NCBI GenBank assembly: GCA_963664875.1
Contig: OY761611.1
Location: forward strand, 3,072,001 to 3,136,000
Length of the DNA stretch: 64,000 bases
DNA from: Candidatus Kapaibacterium sp.
Lineage (GTDB): Bacteria > Bacteroidota > Ignavibacteria > Kapaibacteriales > UBA2268
Direction: 5' to 3'
Position 1 is the first letter of the stretch, and each line of letters opens with the position of its first letter. The notes beneath the pieces are model-generated. The model was not told the DNA's origin. It was given only the letters and a program-made list of their open reading frames with translations, and made no database searches. Position numbers and translations under genes: made by a program. This document shows, one piece after another, positions 1-10,358 of the stretch.

Positions 1-95
1 ATATATGCACCTGTACGACCCTACAAATAAAAGAATTGCTTCGATTTACCAATATTCTTTCTTGCCAAATTTGATTTACAAAATCGAGTTTTAAA

Positions 96-1154
96 ATGAG
101 CAGACTAAAAAATTATTCGATTAGGATTTTAGTAATAAGCATCATACACATATATCTGAAAATGTATGACAGTACTTTTTTTGGGATTGTCGGCAATGTC
201 GGATTTAGGGATGCTTTTTATTATGTGTTTTCTCTTTTGTTTGGGTTTGTTGCTTGGGAAATCACAGAAAGAGTGAACAAAAAAATAATCAGCACTTACC
301 ATGCTAAAGAACTTAGCAGAAAAATTGTGATTTTTGGTTTTGTCCATTTGATAATGGGCATAATGTGGGGTGCTGTTTTTTCTACTATATATTACTATTC
401 CACATTATCTCTATTTGGGATAAAAATATTTGAAGATTTTTATATAACAGATGCTGATTTGTCGTTTGGGATTTTGATTTTTTATATAATAGTCAATTCT
501 ATTGCAGGTATAAAACTGTTTTACACTCAATGGAAAAATGAGTTAGTAAAAAATGAGCGCTTAGAAAAAGAATTTGCTTTGTCAAAATATGAAGCTCTAA
601 AAAATCAAATTGATCCCCACTTTTTCTTTAATTCGCTTAGTGTCTTGTCAAACCTTGTGTATAAAAATCAAGATTTGGCTGCTGACTTTATCAATAAATT
701 ATCTAAACTATACAGATACATCTTAGACATAAGAGAACGAAGATTGGTGACTATACAAGAAGAGCTGCTTTTTGTACAAAATTATTTTTATCTGATGAAG
801 ATAAGGCATGGTGACCAAATCATACTGAATATTTCCGATGTAGAAAACGAGTCAGTGTTTTTGCCTCCGATAACTTTGCAGCTACTTGTTGAAAATGCAA
901 TAAAGCATAATATATATTCAGAAGAAGAGCCGTTGCTGATAAAAATCAGCAAGCAAGATGATTATATTATAGTGCAAAATTCGGTACAAAAAAGAAAACT
1001 CTTGAGCGAAGGTTCAGGTTTAGGGCTTGCAAATATTGTTTCGAGATACAAACTGATAACAGAGCAGGGGGTTATAATAAAAGAAGACGAAAAAGAATTC
1101 AAAGTCCTACTTCCCATTATAAGGAGCAACGAGTATGAAAATAGCAATATTTGA
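96..1154 (+). CDS. LytS/YehU-family membrane sensor histidine kinase
   Basis: N-terminal TM helices; LKNQIDPHFFFNSL H-box, LQLLVENAIKHN N-box and GSGLGLANI G-box; overlaps a LytTR regulator. Confidence 0.9.
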   Translation: MSRLKNYSIRILVISIIHIYLKMYDSTFFGIVGNVGFRDAFYYVFSLLFGFVAWEITERVNKKIISTYHAKELSRKIVIFGFVHLIMGIMWGAVFSTIYYYSTLSLFGIKIFEDFYITDADLSFGILIFYIIVNSIAGIKLFYTQWKNELVKNERLEKEFALSKYEALKNQIDPHFFFNSLSVLSNLVYKNQDLAADFINKLSKLYRYILDIRERRLVTIQEELLFVQNYFYLMKIRHGDQIILNISDVENESVFLPPITLQLLVENAIKHNIYSEEEPLLIKISKQDDYIIVQNSVQKRKLLSEGSGLGLANIVSRYKLITEQGVIIKEDEKEFKVLLPIIRSNEYENSNI

Positions 1155-1884
1155 AGACGAACTTCACTCAGCAGAGAGACTTACTCAGCTTGTGAGAGAA
1201 ATTGATAAAACAATAGAGATAGACGCTGTAATTACCACAGTAAAGCACGGCAAGCAATATCTCCAAGCTGCTCCTGACATAGATTTAATATTGCTGGATA
1301 TTCAGCTTTCGGATGGGAACTCGTTTGAAATATTTGAAGAAGGAGCTGCGAATTTTCCGATAATATTCACAACTGCGTTTGACGAATTCGCTATCAAAGC
1401 ATTCAAACTAAATAGTATTGATTATCTATTGAAACCCATAGACAAAGAAGAGCTGGCTGTTGCTATTAAAAAATTTGAATCTCGGCAGCAAGGGGCTGAA
1501 GTTAACTACCACTTCCTTTCCGAAATACTTAAATCACAAAGTAAGGCATATAAGCAGCGGTTTCTTGTCAAAAAAGGAAACAACTTGACGTATGTGTTGA
1601 CAGATGAAATTTCATACTTCAAATTTGCTGACGGCTTAGTAGATGTGATTACTTTTGATAACACGATTTATCCGGTAGATTATACATTAGACAAAATCGC
1701 AAAGATGATAGACCCTGATAAATTTTTTAGAATCAATAGACAATATATCATTAGTATAGAATCTATTATCTCCATTAATACATACTTCAATAGTAGGTTA
1801 AAGCTGAAAATCAAAGCCGGCAAGGAAGAGATTGTTGTTAGCCGAGATAAAGTAAAAGATTTTAAAAGCTGGCTGGATCGATAG
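1135..1884 (+). CDS. LytTR-family DNA-binding response regulator
   Basis: Receiver motifs (FEDE, LLDIQL, TTAFDE, DYLLKP) and LytTR motif FFRINRQYII. Confidence 0.92.
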   Translation: MKIAIFEDELHSAERLTQLVREIDKTIEIDAVITTVKHGKQYLQAAPDIDLILLDIQLSDGNSFEIFEEGAANFPIIFTTAFDEFAIKAFKLNSIDYLLKPIDKEELAVAIKKFESRQQGAEVNYHFLSEILKSQSKAYKQRFLVKKGNNLTYVLTDEISYFKFADGLVDVITFDNTIYPVDYTLDKIAKMIDPDKFFRINRQYIISIESIISINTYFNSRLKLKIKAGKEEIVVSRDKVKDFKSWLDR

Positions 1885-1954
1885 TTAATTGCAAACAATA
1901 CAATCCCCTTTTCATTCGTTTTCCATTGAAAATATATGTTATAAGGAGAAGAGA

Positions 1955-2410
1955 ATGGTATTCCAATCTTTTGAAGAAGTAATAGAATTTGCTATTAGTA
2001 GAGAAATTGAAGCAGCTGATTTTTATAATAAACTTCAGTCTTTAGTGAAACATGAATCAAGTATCAAATTACTCAAAGAACTTGAAAATATGGAGCTTGC
2101 TCATGCTGAGATACTCAAAAAGTTTGATAAGTCAGAAATCGAAGGAGAATATGTTTCTCCCAAAATTCAAAATCTAAAAATAGCCGACTCTATGGAAGAT
2201 ATTAGCCCTCAAAGCGAAATGAACTATCAGGAAATACTTGTGCTTTCTATCAAGGCAGAGCAGCATGCGAACGAACTGTATCTAAAACTCGCTAATGAGT
2301 CAGAAAATCAACTCACTAAGAATGTGTTTTTAAGATTAGCTGACGAGGAAGCCAAACACAAGCTGCACTTGGAGCAAATCTATGATGATGAGTTTATGGT
2401 AGAAAATTAG
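1955..2410 (+). CDS. Rubrerythrin/ferritin-like di-iron protein
   Basis: Two ExxH motifs (MELAH, EEAKH) and AISREIEAADFY; ATG at 1955 follows an AAGGAG SD. Confidence 0.8.
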   Translation: MVFQSFEEVIEFAISREIEAADFYNKLQSLVKHESSIKLLKELENMELAHAEILKKFDKSEIEGEYVSPKIQNLKIADSMEDISPQSEMNYQEILVLSIKAEQHANELYLKLANESENQLTKNVFLRLADEEAKHKLHLEQIYDDEFMVEN

Positions 2411-2553
2411 AATAAGCATATATTACTCTTTTTAATCTGTATTTTGGAAGCCACTTTATATTTAGATATAAATGTCTCCAAAATACTTTTTTTTTATAAT
2501 TTTGAATTGTCCTCTATTATTATTAGTTTTAGGTAAAAAAAGGACAAAAATCC

Positions 2554-3300
2554 ATGGCCATAGGTATCATTCCTGCTCGCTTTGCTTCGACCCGATTTCC
2601 CGGCAAACCACTTGCCGATATTTGTGGCAAACCACTTTTGCAGCATGTTTTTGAATCTGTTTCAACTTCTAAACTTCTTAATAGAATTGCAATAGCTACA
2701 GACGATTCGAGAATTGCAGAGGTAGCTCATAGCTTTGGAGCGGAAGTAATTATGACTGATTCTGATTTGCCAAGCGGGACTGACAGAATCTTTCAGGCAT
2801 ACCTACAAATGAATACCGAAGACGATATTATCGTCAATATACAAGGTGATGAACCACTCTTTTCGGGTCATCTGGCAGATGAACTCATTAGCCGACTTTC
2901 CTCAAGCGAAGCAGATGTAGCGACTATGGTAAAAAAAATTACTTCAGTAGAAGATTTATTCAATCCCTCTAACGTAAAAGCAGTAGTGGGCAACAATGGC
3001 TATGCTCTCTATTTCTCAAGAAATACTTTGCCCTTTGTCAGAGATCAAAAACCTATAGATTGGATTAATATTCATGATTTTTATAAACACGTTGGAGTTT
3101 ATGCTTATAAAGCACGCGCTTTGAAGAGATTTGTGGAGCTTCCTGTTTCAAAGTTGGAATCTTTAGAACAATTAGAACAACTCCGCCTGATGGAAGATGG
3201 AGCCAGATATCTATGCGTAGAAACAGATATAGAGCTTGTAGGCGTAGATACACCTCAAGATGTGCAAAGAGTCGAAAAAATTCTAGTCAGGAGAAATTAG
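2554..3300 (+). CDS. kdsB: 3-deoxy-manno-octulosonate cytidylyltransferase (CMP-Kdo synthetase)
   Basis: IIPARFASTRFPGKPL, SGTDR, VNIQGDEP, EQLEQLR, GVDTP motifs. Confidence 0.95.
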   Translation: MAIGIIPARFASTRFPGKPLADICGKPLLQHVFESVSTSKLLNRIAIATDDSRIAEVAHSFGAEVIMTDSDLPSGTDRIFQAYLQMNTEDDIIVNIQGDEPLFSGHLADELISRLSSSEADVATMVKKITSVEDLFNPSNVKAVVGNNGYALYFSRNTLPFVRDQKPIDWINIHDFYKHVGVYAYKARALKRFVELPVSKLESLEQLEQLRLMEDGARYLCVETDIELVGVDTPQDVQRVEKILVRRN

Positions 3301-3312
3301 TATTCTAATTTT

Positions 3313-3756
3313 TTAGCGTCTTCTGATAAGATCATTTATTTTTTCGATAGTTTTGTCTTTCAGCTCCTCTAAGGTCTGCTGGCTTAGCATTTCATACGCA
3401 TCTGTTCTTAGTTTGCCCCACTGGTCATGTACTGGGCAGGGTTGCTCTACGGAGCATCCTCTGAAACCTAAAACACAGTTTTCAAACATACCGAGCCCGT
3501 CAATAGCAGCTACAATTTCGATTAATCTAATGTCTTTCGGATGTTTATTTAGATAAAAACCGCCAGCTTTGCCTTTTTTTGAGCCAACTATGCCACTTGC
3601 AGTAAGAGTTTGTAGTACCTTCGATACAAATTCTTTTGGGACGTTCAAGTTTTCCGATACATCAAGAGCATTCCATAGCGTTCCTTCGTCTTGAGCAGAA
3701 AGAAAGAGAACCGCCTGCAAGCCTAACTCACATTTTTTAGAAAAAATAACTGTCAT
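3313..3756 (-). CDS. Rrf2-family Fe-S transcriptional regulator
   Basis: wHTH with SKKGKAGGFYL wing; C-x6-C-x5-C-x2-H cluster motif; divergent from hcp. Confidence 0.9.
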   Translation of the reverse strand: MTVIFSKKCELGLQAVLFLSAQDEGTLWNALDVSENLNVPKEFVSKVLQTLTASGIVGSKKGKAGGFYLNKHPKDIRLIEIVAAIDGLGMFENCVLGFRGCSVEQPCPVHDQWGKLRTDAYEMLSQQTLEELKDKTIEKINDLIRRR

Positions 3757-3818
3757 AAATACCCTCTGTATAGTCTTTTACAAAGATACAGAAAAAATTT
3801 CTAAAAAAAATATTTGCA

Positions 3819-3840
3819 TTAAAGACTATTTTGTCTTATA
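3819..3840. promoter_or_regulatory. Candidate Rrf2 operator (AAGAC-N6-GTCTT inverted repeat) in the rrf2/hcp divergent promoter
   Basis: taaagactattttgtcttat; a further half-site tagtctttta at 3771-3780. Confidence 0.55.
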
Positions 3841-3885
3841 TTGAAAACAGATAAATAAGTCTGATTTAAAAACGGGAGACTCAAT

Positions 3886-5517
3886 ATGTTTTGCTATCAA
3901 TGTGAACAAAATTCAAAAGGTGCATGCAACACTAATGTTGGTGTTTGTGGTAAAGACGAAAAAACTGCTATCATGCAGGATATTCTTTTATTTGTTGCCA
4001 AAGGTGTGGCATGGGTTGCCACCGAATTGCAGATGGAAGGAATAAGACAGAAAAAATTTGATGTTTTTGTGATGGAAGCTCTTTTCACTACCGTTACTAA
4101 TGTAAGCTTTGACTATATGCGAATAGTTGGTCAAATCAAAGAGGGTAGCGAATTACTTGAAGAAGCTAAAGCTGAATGTAAAAAATTAGGCATCAGATTG
4201 CCAATTGATGAAAACCACCCTGTCAATTTCAATTTTGTACCAAATCCAGATGATTTGATGCTCATGTCAGGTCTTGCTGCTATTGAAACAAGATTTGAAG
4301 AAGAAGGTAAAACTTACACCGGAATAGTAGAGCTAATCGTTTACGGATTGAAAGGTCTTGCTGCTTATGCTCATCATGCTTATGTCCTTGGTTTTGAAAA
4401 ACAGGAAATATATGCGAGAATCAACTCTACATTACATTATACATTGCACAAACACTCTGCCGAAGAACTTTTAGGCAAAGCCTTAGAGACAGGAGAGTTG
4501 AATCTGCAGGTAATGGAGCTCTTGGACTCTGCTAATACCGGTACTTACGGACATCCTGAACCATCACCGGTAAGAATAACAGCCAAAAAAGGAAAAGCAA
4601 TCCTTGTTTCAGGACACGACTTGAAAGACTTGGAAGAGCTGTTAAAGCAGACTGAGGGTATGGGAATAAATATATATACTCATGGCGAGATGCTTCCTGC
4701 CCTCGGATATCCTCACTTGAAAAAATACTCACACTTAGCCGGAAACTATGGCGGAGCTTGGCAAGATCAGTGGAAAGAATTTGCAGCTTTCCCGGGTGCT
4801 GTGCTAATGACTACAAACTGTATCCAGGAACCTAAAGAAACATACCAAGACCGAATCTTTACCTGCGGACTTGTAAGCTGGCCAAATGTTACTCACATTA
4901 GCGACAGAAACTTCAAACCGGTAATCGAAGCAGCACTGGCTGCTGAAGGTTTCAAAGAAGACGAAGAAGAAAAAAATATTTTAACCGGATTTGGTCATAA
5001 CGCAGTTCTATCAGTTGCAGATAAAGTTGTCGAATCAGTTAAAAACGGCGACATTAAACATTTCTACCTCATAGGTGGTTGTGATGGTGCTAAATCAGGA
5101 AGAAACTACTATACTGATTTCGCTACTCAAGCTCCAAAAGACAGTGTAATAATGACATTAGCGTGTGGCAAATTCAGATTTAATAAATTAGAATTCGGTG
5201 ACATTAATGGCATTCCTCGCCTATTAGATATTGGTCAATGTAACGATGCATACTCTGCTATCAAAATTGCAGTTGCTCTTGCAGAAGTTTTCGAGACAGA
5301 TGTCAATTCATTGCCTCTATCTCTTATCCTTTCATGGTACGAGCAAAAAGCTGTGGCAATCCTATTGACATTGCTTCATCTTGGCATTAAAAATATAAAA
5401 ATCGGACCTACATTGCCGGCATTTATCGAACCGGAAGTATTGAATATTTTGGTAGAAAAATTCCAATTGGCTCCTATTACTACAGTAGAAGCTGACTTGG
5501 CAGAAACATTAGCATAA
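3886..5517 (+). CDS. hcp: Hybrid cluster protein (hydroxylamine reductase / NO detoxification)
   Basis: MFCYQCEQ..GVCGK N-terminus, SGHDL, YTHGEMLP, MTTNC, GGCDG, GQCNDAY, SWYEQKA. Confidence 0.97.
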   Translation: MFCYQCEQNSKGACNTNVGVCGKDEKTAIMQDILLFVAKGVAWVATELQMEGIRQKKFDVFVMEALFTTVTNVSFDYMRIVGQIKEGSELLEEAKAECKKLGIRLPIDENHPVNFNFVPNPDDLMLMSGLAAIETRFEEEGKTYTGIVELIVYGLKGLAAYAHHAYVLGFEKQEIYARINSTLHYTLHKHSAEELLGKALETGELNLQVMELLDSANTGTYGHPEPSPVRITAKKGKAILVSGHDLKDLEELLKQTEGMGINIYTHGEMLPALGYPHLKKYSHLAGNYGGAWQDQWKEFAAFPGAVLMTTNCIQEPKETYQDRIFTCGLVSWPNVTHISDRNFKPVIEAALAAEGFKEDEEEKNILTGFGHNAVLSVADKVVESVKNGDIKHFYLIGGCDGAKSGRNYYTDFATQAPKDSVIMTLACGKFRFNKLEFGDINGIPRLLDIGQCNDAYSAIKIAVALAEVFETDVNSLPLSLILSWYEQKAVAILLTLLHLGIKNIKIGPTLPAFIEPEVLNILVEKFQLAPITTVEADLAETLA

Positions 5518-5539
5518 CACGCTTGGTTCGGGAATACAT

Positions 5540-5573
5540 AAAGAGAGTAGTCTAATCTGATTACTCTCTTTTT
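5540..5573 (+). terminator. Intrinsic terminator after hcp
   Basis: aaagagagtagtc/gattactctcttt stem followed by a T run. Confidence 0.7.
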
Positions 5574-5627
5574 CATGTTTAAATATTCTGGGGATTCCAT
5601 GGAGGATATTTTGTATAGGTAAATTTA

Positions 5628-6158
5628 TTACCTATTTGATGTTAAAAGTCTATACATTCCCGTAGCATATACAATGAATGAATAAAGAAGAACTACGGAA
5701 ACGATAGGCTCTCCCCATTCTTTGCAGTATGGGACTTCGTAAAATGCCAATATGAGCTGAAGTGCCAGAAAATTGACTGCTATCTTACCTGTCATATTTG
5801 AAGGTATTATGTATCCTATTTTGCCTTTAGCCCACAAGCCGCCTAACAGTATTAAAAAATCTCTACCGAAAATTATCGCTGCATACCAAGGAGACAATAG
5901 TCCGGTCATAAGCATAGTAATGCCTGCTGCACCTACTGCCATTTTATCTCCGATAGGATCTAATACTTTGCCTAACTCGCTTATCTGATTTAATTTTCGG
6001 GCAAGATAGCCATCGAGGTAATCGCTTATCACCATGAGTGCAATCAATATCCCAACAATAAGCTTATAGTCATATAAAATTGCAAATCCGAAAGGGATGG
6101 AAAGTAAAATTCGAATTAAGCTTATGATATTCGATATAGTCCATTTCTTATTGCTCAT
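5628..6158 (-). CDS. CDP-alcohol phosphatidyltransferase (PgsA-like)
   Basis: DYLDGYLARKLNQISELGKVLDPIGD signature. Confidence 0.88.
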   Translation of the reverse strand: MSNKKWTISNIISLIRILLSIPFGFAILYDYKLIVGILIALMVISDYLDGYLARKLNQISELGKVLDPIGDKMAVGAAGITMLMTGLLSPWYAAIIFGRDFLILLGGLWAKGKIGYIIPSNMTGKIAVNFLALQLILAFYEVPYCKEWGEPIVSVVLLYSFIVYATGMYRLLTSNR

Positions 6159-7536
6159 AATTAACTCTTGTAGTGAAGACTGATGTAAAAATCAAAGATA
6201 CTAAAATACCCGGCAACATTGCTTCTATTCCTTCTGCAAAGCCGACAGACATCTCCAACAATACCATCCAGATTAAAGATGCTGAAGAGCCGGCAAGCAT
6301 TACCATAGATGCGTGTTTTGCTTTTATTTGATATTTGCTGCTGAAGCTGATTAGCAGCGGAAGTAAAAGTCCGGGTACAGCTATGCTGCTTGTTTTATAA
6401 ATCAAATCGATTACAGACGGCAGTGCAGTTGCCAATAAGATACTTAAAACAGCAGTCAGTACCAGACCAAGTTGTGTAAGCTTTTGTGTACTTATGTGCT
6501 GTAAAGAACGCATTTTTTTAAGTAGATCATTGCCGATTGTCGTAGCACTAAGAAACGCATAGCTATCGAGTGTTGACATCACAGTCGCAATCAGAGCAGT
6601 AATAAATACGCCTTTCCATATTGGAGGCAAAACTGACTCTGCTAAAGTCGGATAAGCCATAAGTGGATTATCTATTACAAAAAATGCTTTCGCATAGAGT
6701 CCTGTGCTTAATGTCATTGCATCAAAAATCATCCAAAAAAGAACAGAAATCAATATCCCGTTTCTGGCTACATTTGGTGTTTTTGCTGCAGCACAACGTT
6801 GATGGAAACCGGGATCAATAAACGTCTGTAGAGAGATAATAAACCACACAAAAACGTACTGCCATGAGTTTCCGCCCGTTGGATCCAAATGTGTCTCCGG
6901 AAGTTTGTTAGTCAGCTCAAACACGCTTCCGTAGCTTGAGTATGAGAAAAACAATAAAGCTGCGAATCCTACATACATAACTATAAACTGAGCAAAATTT
7001 GTACGTATATCTGCTTTTAATCCGCCTGTATAGATATAGACAAGAGAAATCATAGCTCCGAGTATAATCGAATTAACTAAGCCCCATCCGGTAAACATAT
7101 CTATTATAACGCCGAGCATAAGAATATAAGAAGCGGGGAGAGTAATAATAAGAACAATCACAGAAGCCACTGTTCCCGCTATGTTACCGTATTTTGAGGA
7201 AATTTGATCTGGTATAGTCAGAATATTTGAATTACGTATCTTTTTTGCAATCAGTAGAGCGAATAGAGTAGCTGAAATATAATATGGCAAGGCAAAGCAC
7301 ACCCATGCAAGTATTCCCGAGTTATAGACAAATTCGCCTACTCCGAGTATGCTTCCGTACCATGTAGCAACTAAAGTACCCACAAAAAATGGCAGAGTTA
7401 CTTTTCTCCCTGCCAGTATAAAGTTTTCTGTACTATCTTTATCGTCTTTATCGGACTTTGACGAGCGAAACCCTATAAATAATACTACTATCACATAAAG
7501 GGCTATTACTGCCAAGTCTGCTATTGAAGGTGTCAT
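6148..7536 (-). CDS. Sodium:solute symporter family transporter
   Basis: About 13 TM helices; FILAGRK, YTGGLKA, QRCAAAK, MSTLDS motifs. Confidence 0.88.
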   Translation of the reverse strand: MTPSIADLAVIALYVIVVLFIGFRSSKSDKDDKDSTENFILAGRKVTLPFFVGTLVATWYGSILGVGEFVYNSGILAWVCFALPYYISATLFALLIAKKIRNSNILTIPDQISSKYGNIAGTVASVIVLIITLPASYILMLGVIIDMFTGWGLVNSIILGAMISLVYIYTGGLKADIRTNFAQFIVMYVGFAALLFFSYSSYGSVFELTNKLPETHLDPTGGNSWQYVFVWFIISLQTFIDPGFHQRCAAAKTPNVARNGILISVLFWMIFDAMTLSTGLYAKAFFVIDNPLMAYPTLAESVLPPIWKGVFITALIATVMSTLDSYAFLSATTIGNDLLKKMRSLQHISTQKLTQLGLVLTAVLSILLATALPSVIDLIYKTSSIAVPGLLLPLLISFSSKYQIKAKHASMVMLAGSSASLIWMVLLEMSVGFAEGIEAMLPGILVSLIFTSVFTTRVNYEQ

Positions 7537-7620
7537 AGTCTATTTTCAAATTGTTTTTGACAAGGTTTGAATAAATCTGTTTATTCACAAAAGAACAGAA
7601 GCCATTATCTTATTGCGCCT

Positions 7621-8541
7621 TTACAATGCTTCTTTAAATGCATTAACAGTTAGTTCCATGCCTTCGTCAAATGCCATTTTTGGAGACCAGCCGTGCATTT
7701 TTTCATATTTAGAGTAAGAGCAGACACTTCTTCTTTGTTCACCGGCTTTTGCAGGGCCATGATACTCTTCGCAGTTACTTCCGGTTAGTTCTTTCAGACG
7801 ACGGAAAATGTGATTAACGTTAGTTTCCACTCCTGTGGTTACGTTGTAAATACCATTTACAGCTTCGTCCAATGCTTTTAAGTTTGCAGCAACTACATCT
7901 TCTATGTAGATATAATCTCTTGTAATTAGGCCATCGCCGTTAATTATCGGTTGCTCTCCGGCAAGCATTTTATTTATAAATATAGCGACAACACCAGCCT
8001 CACCGTGAGGATTTTGTCTTGCTCCATAAACGTTGCCATACCTTAAAACAACTCTGTCTATACCGTAAACAGACTGGTAATAGAAGAGATAATGCTCCGT
8101 GCTCAATTTTGAGATACCATAAGGCGAGCAAGGTGCTTTCCTATCTTCTTCTTCAGCAGGGAATTTTTCCTGTTCACCGTAGATTGTACCACCTGAGGAA
8201 GCAAATATAATTTTCTTTATACCGGATTTGCGGGCAGCTTCAAAAATATTGATACTGCCTATAATATTTGTATTAGCGTCAAATTTTGGATCATCAACAG
8301 ATACTCTTACGTTCATCTGTGCTGCATGGTGGCTGACTATGTCAAATTTTTCTTTTTCAAAAATTTCAGAGATGTTGTTATCATTAATATCAGCAGTGAT
8401 AACATTAGCTTCAGGATTGATGTTCTCTTTTTTGCCTGAAGAAAAATTATCAAGCACAGTAACTTTATGTCCCAATTTTATATAAGCGTCAACTATATGA
8501 GAGCCTATAAAGCCGGCTCCGCCGGTTACTAATATTTTCAT
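7621..8541 (-). CDS. NAD-dependent epimerase/dehydratase (UDP-glucose 4-epimerase-like)
   Basis: ILVTGGAGFIGSH, YGISK catalytic motif, RYGNVYGARQ; start placed at MKILV. Confidence 0.9.
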   Translation of the reverse strand: MKILVTGGAGFIGSHIVDAYIKLGHKVTVLDNFSSGKKENINPEANVITADINDNNISEIFEKEKFDIVSHHAAQMNVRVSVDDPKFDANTNIIGSINIFEAARKSGIKKIIFASSGGTIYGEQEKFPAEEEDRKAPCSPYGISKLSTEHYLFYYQSVYGIDRVVLRYGNVYGARQNPHGEAGVVAIFINKMLAGEQPIINGDGLITRDYIYIEDVVAANLKALDEAVNGIYNVTTGVETNVNHIFRRLKELTGSNCEEYHGPAKAGEQRRSVCSYSKYEKMHGWSPKMAFDEGMELTVNAFKEAL

Positions 8542-8770
8542 GGAATTACTCCGAGTATGCATTATTTTGATAATATAAAAATACAAAAAAAAGCACAAAA
8601 GTGTATATGTGCCTGCAAAAAAGACGTTTGCGAATAAGTATAACCGTAAGAGAGCGAAAAAAGCAAAAAAAAATTGTTAATCTAAGTTTAGTTTGACAAA
8701 AAAATTTCTTATTTTAATAGACGAGATGCAATTATAAACAAAAAAAGCAAACACACACATGCATTACACC

Positions 8771-9529
8771 ATGCCTATAACCCAAAGGTTAAAAAAACTA
8801 ATAAAATCTCTACATCAGAAACAATTCAGAGATCAGAATGATTTGTTTGTAGCAGAAGGTCAAAGGTTGTGCGAAGAAATTATCGACAGCGATTTTCAGG
8901 CAGAGCTTGTTGTGATAAAAGATTCTCCTACTCAGGAAATCACAGAAATTGTAGATCACTTTGCAGATAAAGGGGTGCCGGTCTATACTGCACCTAAGCA
9001 TCAATTTGATCAGATATGCCATACAAAAACACCCCAGGGCATCATCACGGTCGTTAATATCAAAAAACCTGTGCTGCTTCCCGATGAGCCGTTTCTTGCT
9101 CTCGACGCAGTCGCTGACCCCGGTAATATCGGAACAATCATCCGTACTGCCAACTGGTTTGGCATCAAACAAATAATACTCGGTAGAGATTGTGCTGATA
9201 AGTTCAATCCCAAAACTGTTCGTTCCACAATGGGGGCAATTTTCAAAACACAGGTGCATCACACTCATGATTTGCCCGGATTTGTGAAAGAAAATTTTCC
9301 AAAGCACCAATTGTTAGGAGCGAGCGTCAATACTAAGACAGATTTAGAATCTTTGGATTTTAAAAACGAGAAGCTATACGGAGTGTTTTTCGGAAACGAG
9401 GCTAATGGGCTTTCAGAAGAATCTCTCGCTATATTGGATCATGAGTTCATTATTCCCGGAATTGGCAATCAGGAATCATTAAATGTTGCGGTTTCAGTTG
9501 GTATTTCTCTTTACCATCTGACTAAGTAA
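8771..9529 (+). CDS. TrmH/SpoU-family RNA methyltransferase
   Basis: DPGNIGTIIRTA, FGNEANGL, ESLNVAVS SPOUT motifs. Confidence 0.9.
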   Translation: MPITQRLKKLIKSLHQKQFRDQNDLFVAEGQRLCEEIIDSDFQAELVVIKDSPTQEITEIVDHFADKGVPVYTAPKHQFDQICHTKTPQGIITVVNIKKPVLLPDEPFLALDAVADPGNIGTIIRTANWFGIKQIILGRDCADKFNPKTVRSTMGAIFKTQVHHTHDLPGFVKENFPKHQLLGASVNTKTDLESLDFKNEKLYGVFFGNEANGLSEESLAILDHEFIIPGIGNQESLNVAVSVGISLYHLTK

Positions 9530-9663
9530 TATCCAAACAAAGTTTAGGTTAAAATCGACGTTAAATGATATTAATAGCTATTGAGTTTGGCGTGCTTTTC
9601 GTAAATTAACAAAACAAACTAGTTCTTTACGAAATTTATCAAACATTGTTTCAGGATTTAAGT

Positions 9664-10350
9664 ATGGTTTTAGAAACTGTCTTAAAACTTCTGCTAATAG
9701 CTATTCTAAGCTATCTTGCAGGAGCTATTCCATCAGCAGTATGGATAAGTAAAAGATTTTTCGGTTTCGACATTAGAGAAAAAGGCAGCGGCAATATGGG
9801 AAGCACAAATGCTTTCCGGGTTTTGGGTTGGAAATGGGGACTTACAGTCCAGATAATGGATTTGCTCAAAGGCGTTTTTGCAGTTGTTGTTGTAGCAGGC
9901 TTTCTTGGAGAAGGGCTTGCAATCCCGAATGCTACTTCTTTTGAAGATATAACACTGATTAGAATAGGTGCAGGTATGCTTGCAGTTGTTGGGCATATTT
10001 GGACTTGCTTCGCCGGCTTTAAAGGCGGAAAAGGCATCAACACTGCTGCCGGTATGCTGATTGGACTTGCTCCCATTGATGTCAGTATTGCTCTTGGCAT
10101 ATTTCTTATTGCAGTAGTCCTTTCAGGATACATTTCTCTTGGTTCTATTATGGCTGCTTTTACAGTGCCATCGTCTATGTTTGTCAGATATAATTTCCTA
10201 CATATAGATATTCCGGGTTACCAGCAGTTGATTTATTTTTGTCTTGCCTTATTTGTTCTTGTTGTGTTTACGCATAGAGCAAATATCAAAAGATTGCTTC
10301 AGGGCAACGAAAATCGATTCAAAAAACTACAAATATTTCATAAAAGTTAG
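9664..10350 (+). CDS. plsY: Glycerol-3-phosphate acyltransferase
   Basis: DIREKGSGNMGSTNAFR, FKGGKG, HRANIKRL; adjacent to gpsA. Confidence 0.93.
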   Translation: MVLETVLKLLLIAILSYLAGAIPSAVWISKRFFGFDIREKGSGNMGSTNAFRVLGWKWGLTVQIMDLLKGVFAVVVVAGFLGEGLAIPNATSFEDITLIRIGAGMLAVVGHIWTCFAGFKGGKGINTAAGMLIGLAPIDVSIALGIFLIAVVLSGYISLGSIMAAFTVPSSMFVRYNFLHIDIPGYQQLIYFCLALFVLVVFTHRANIKRLLQGNENRFKKLQIFHKS

Positions 10351-10358
10351 TTGACCTT

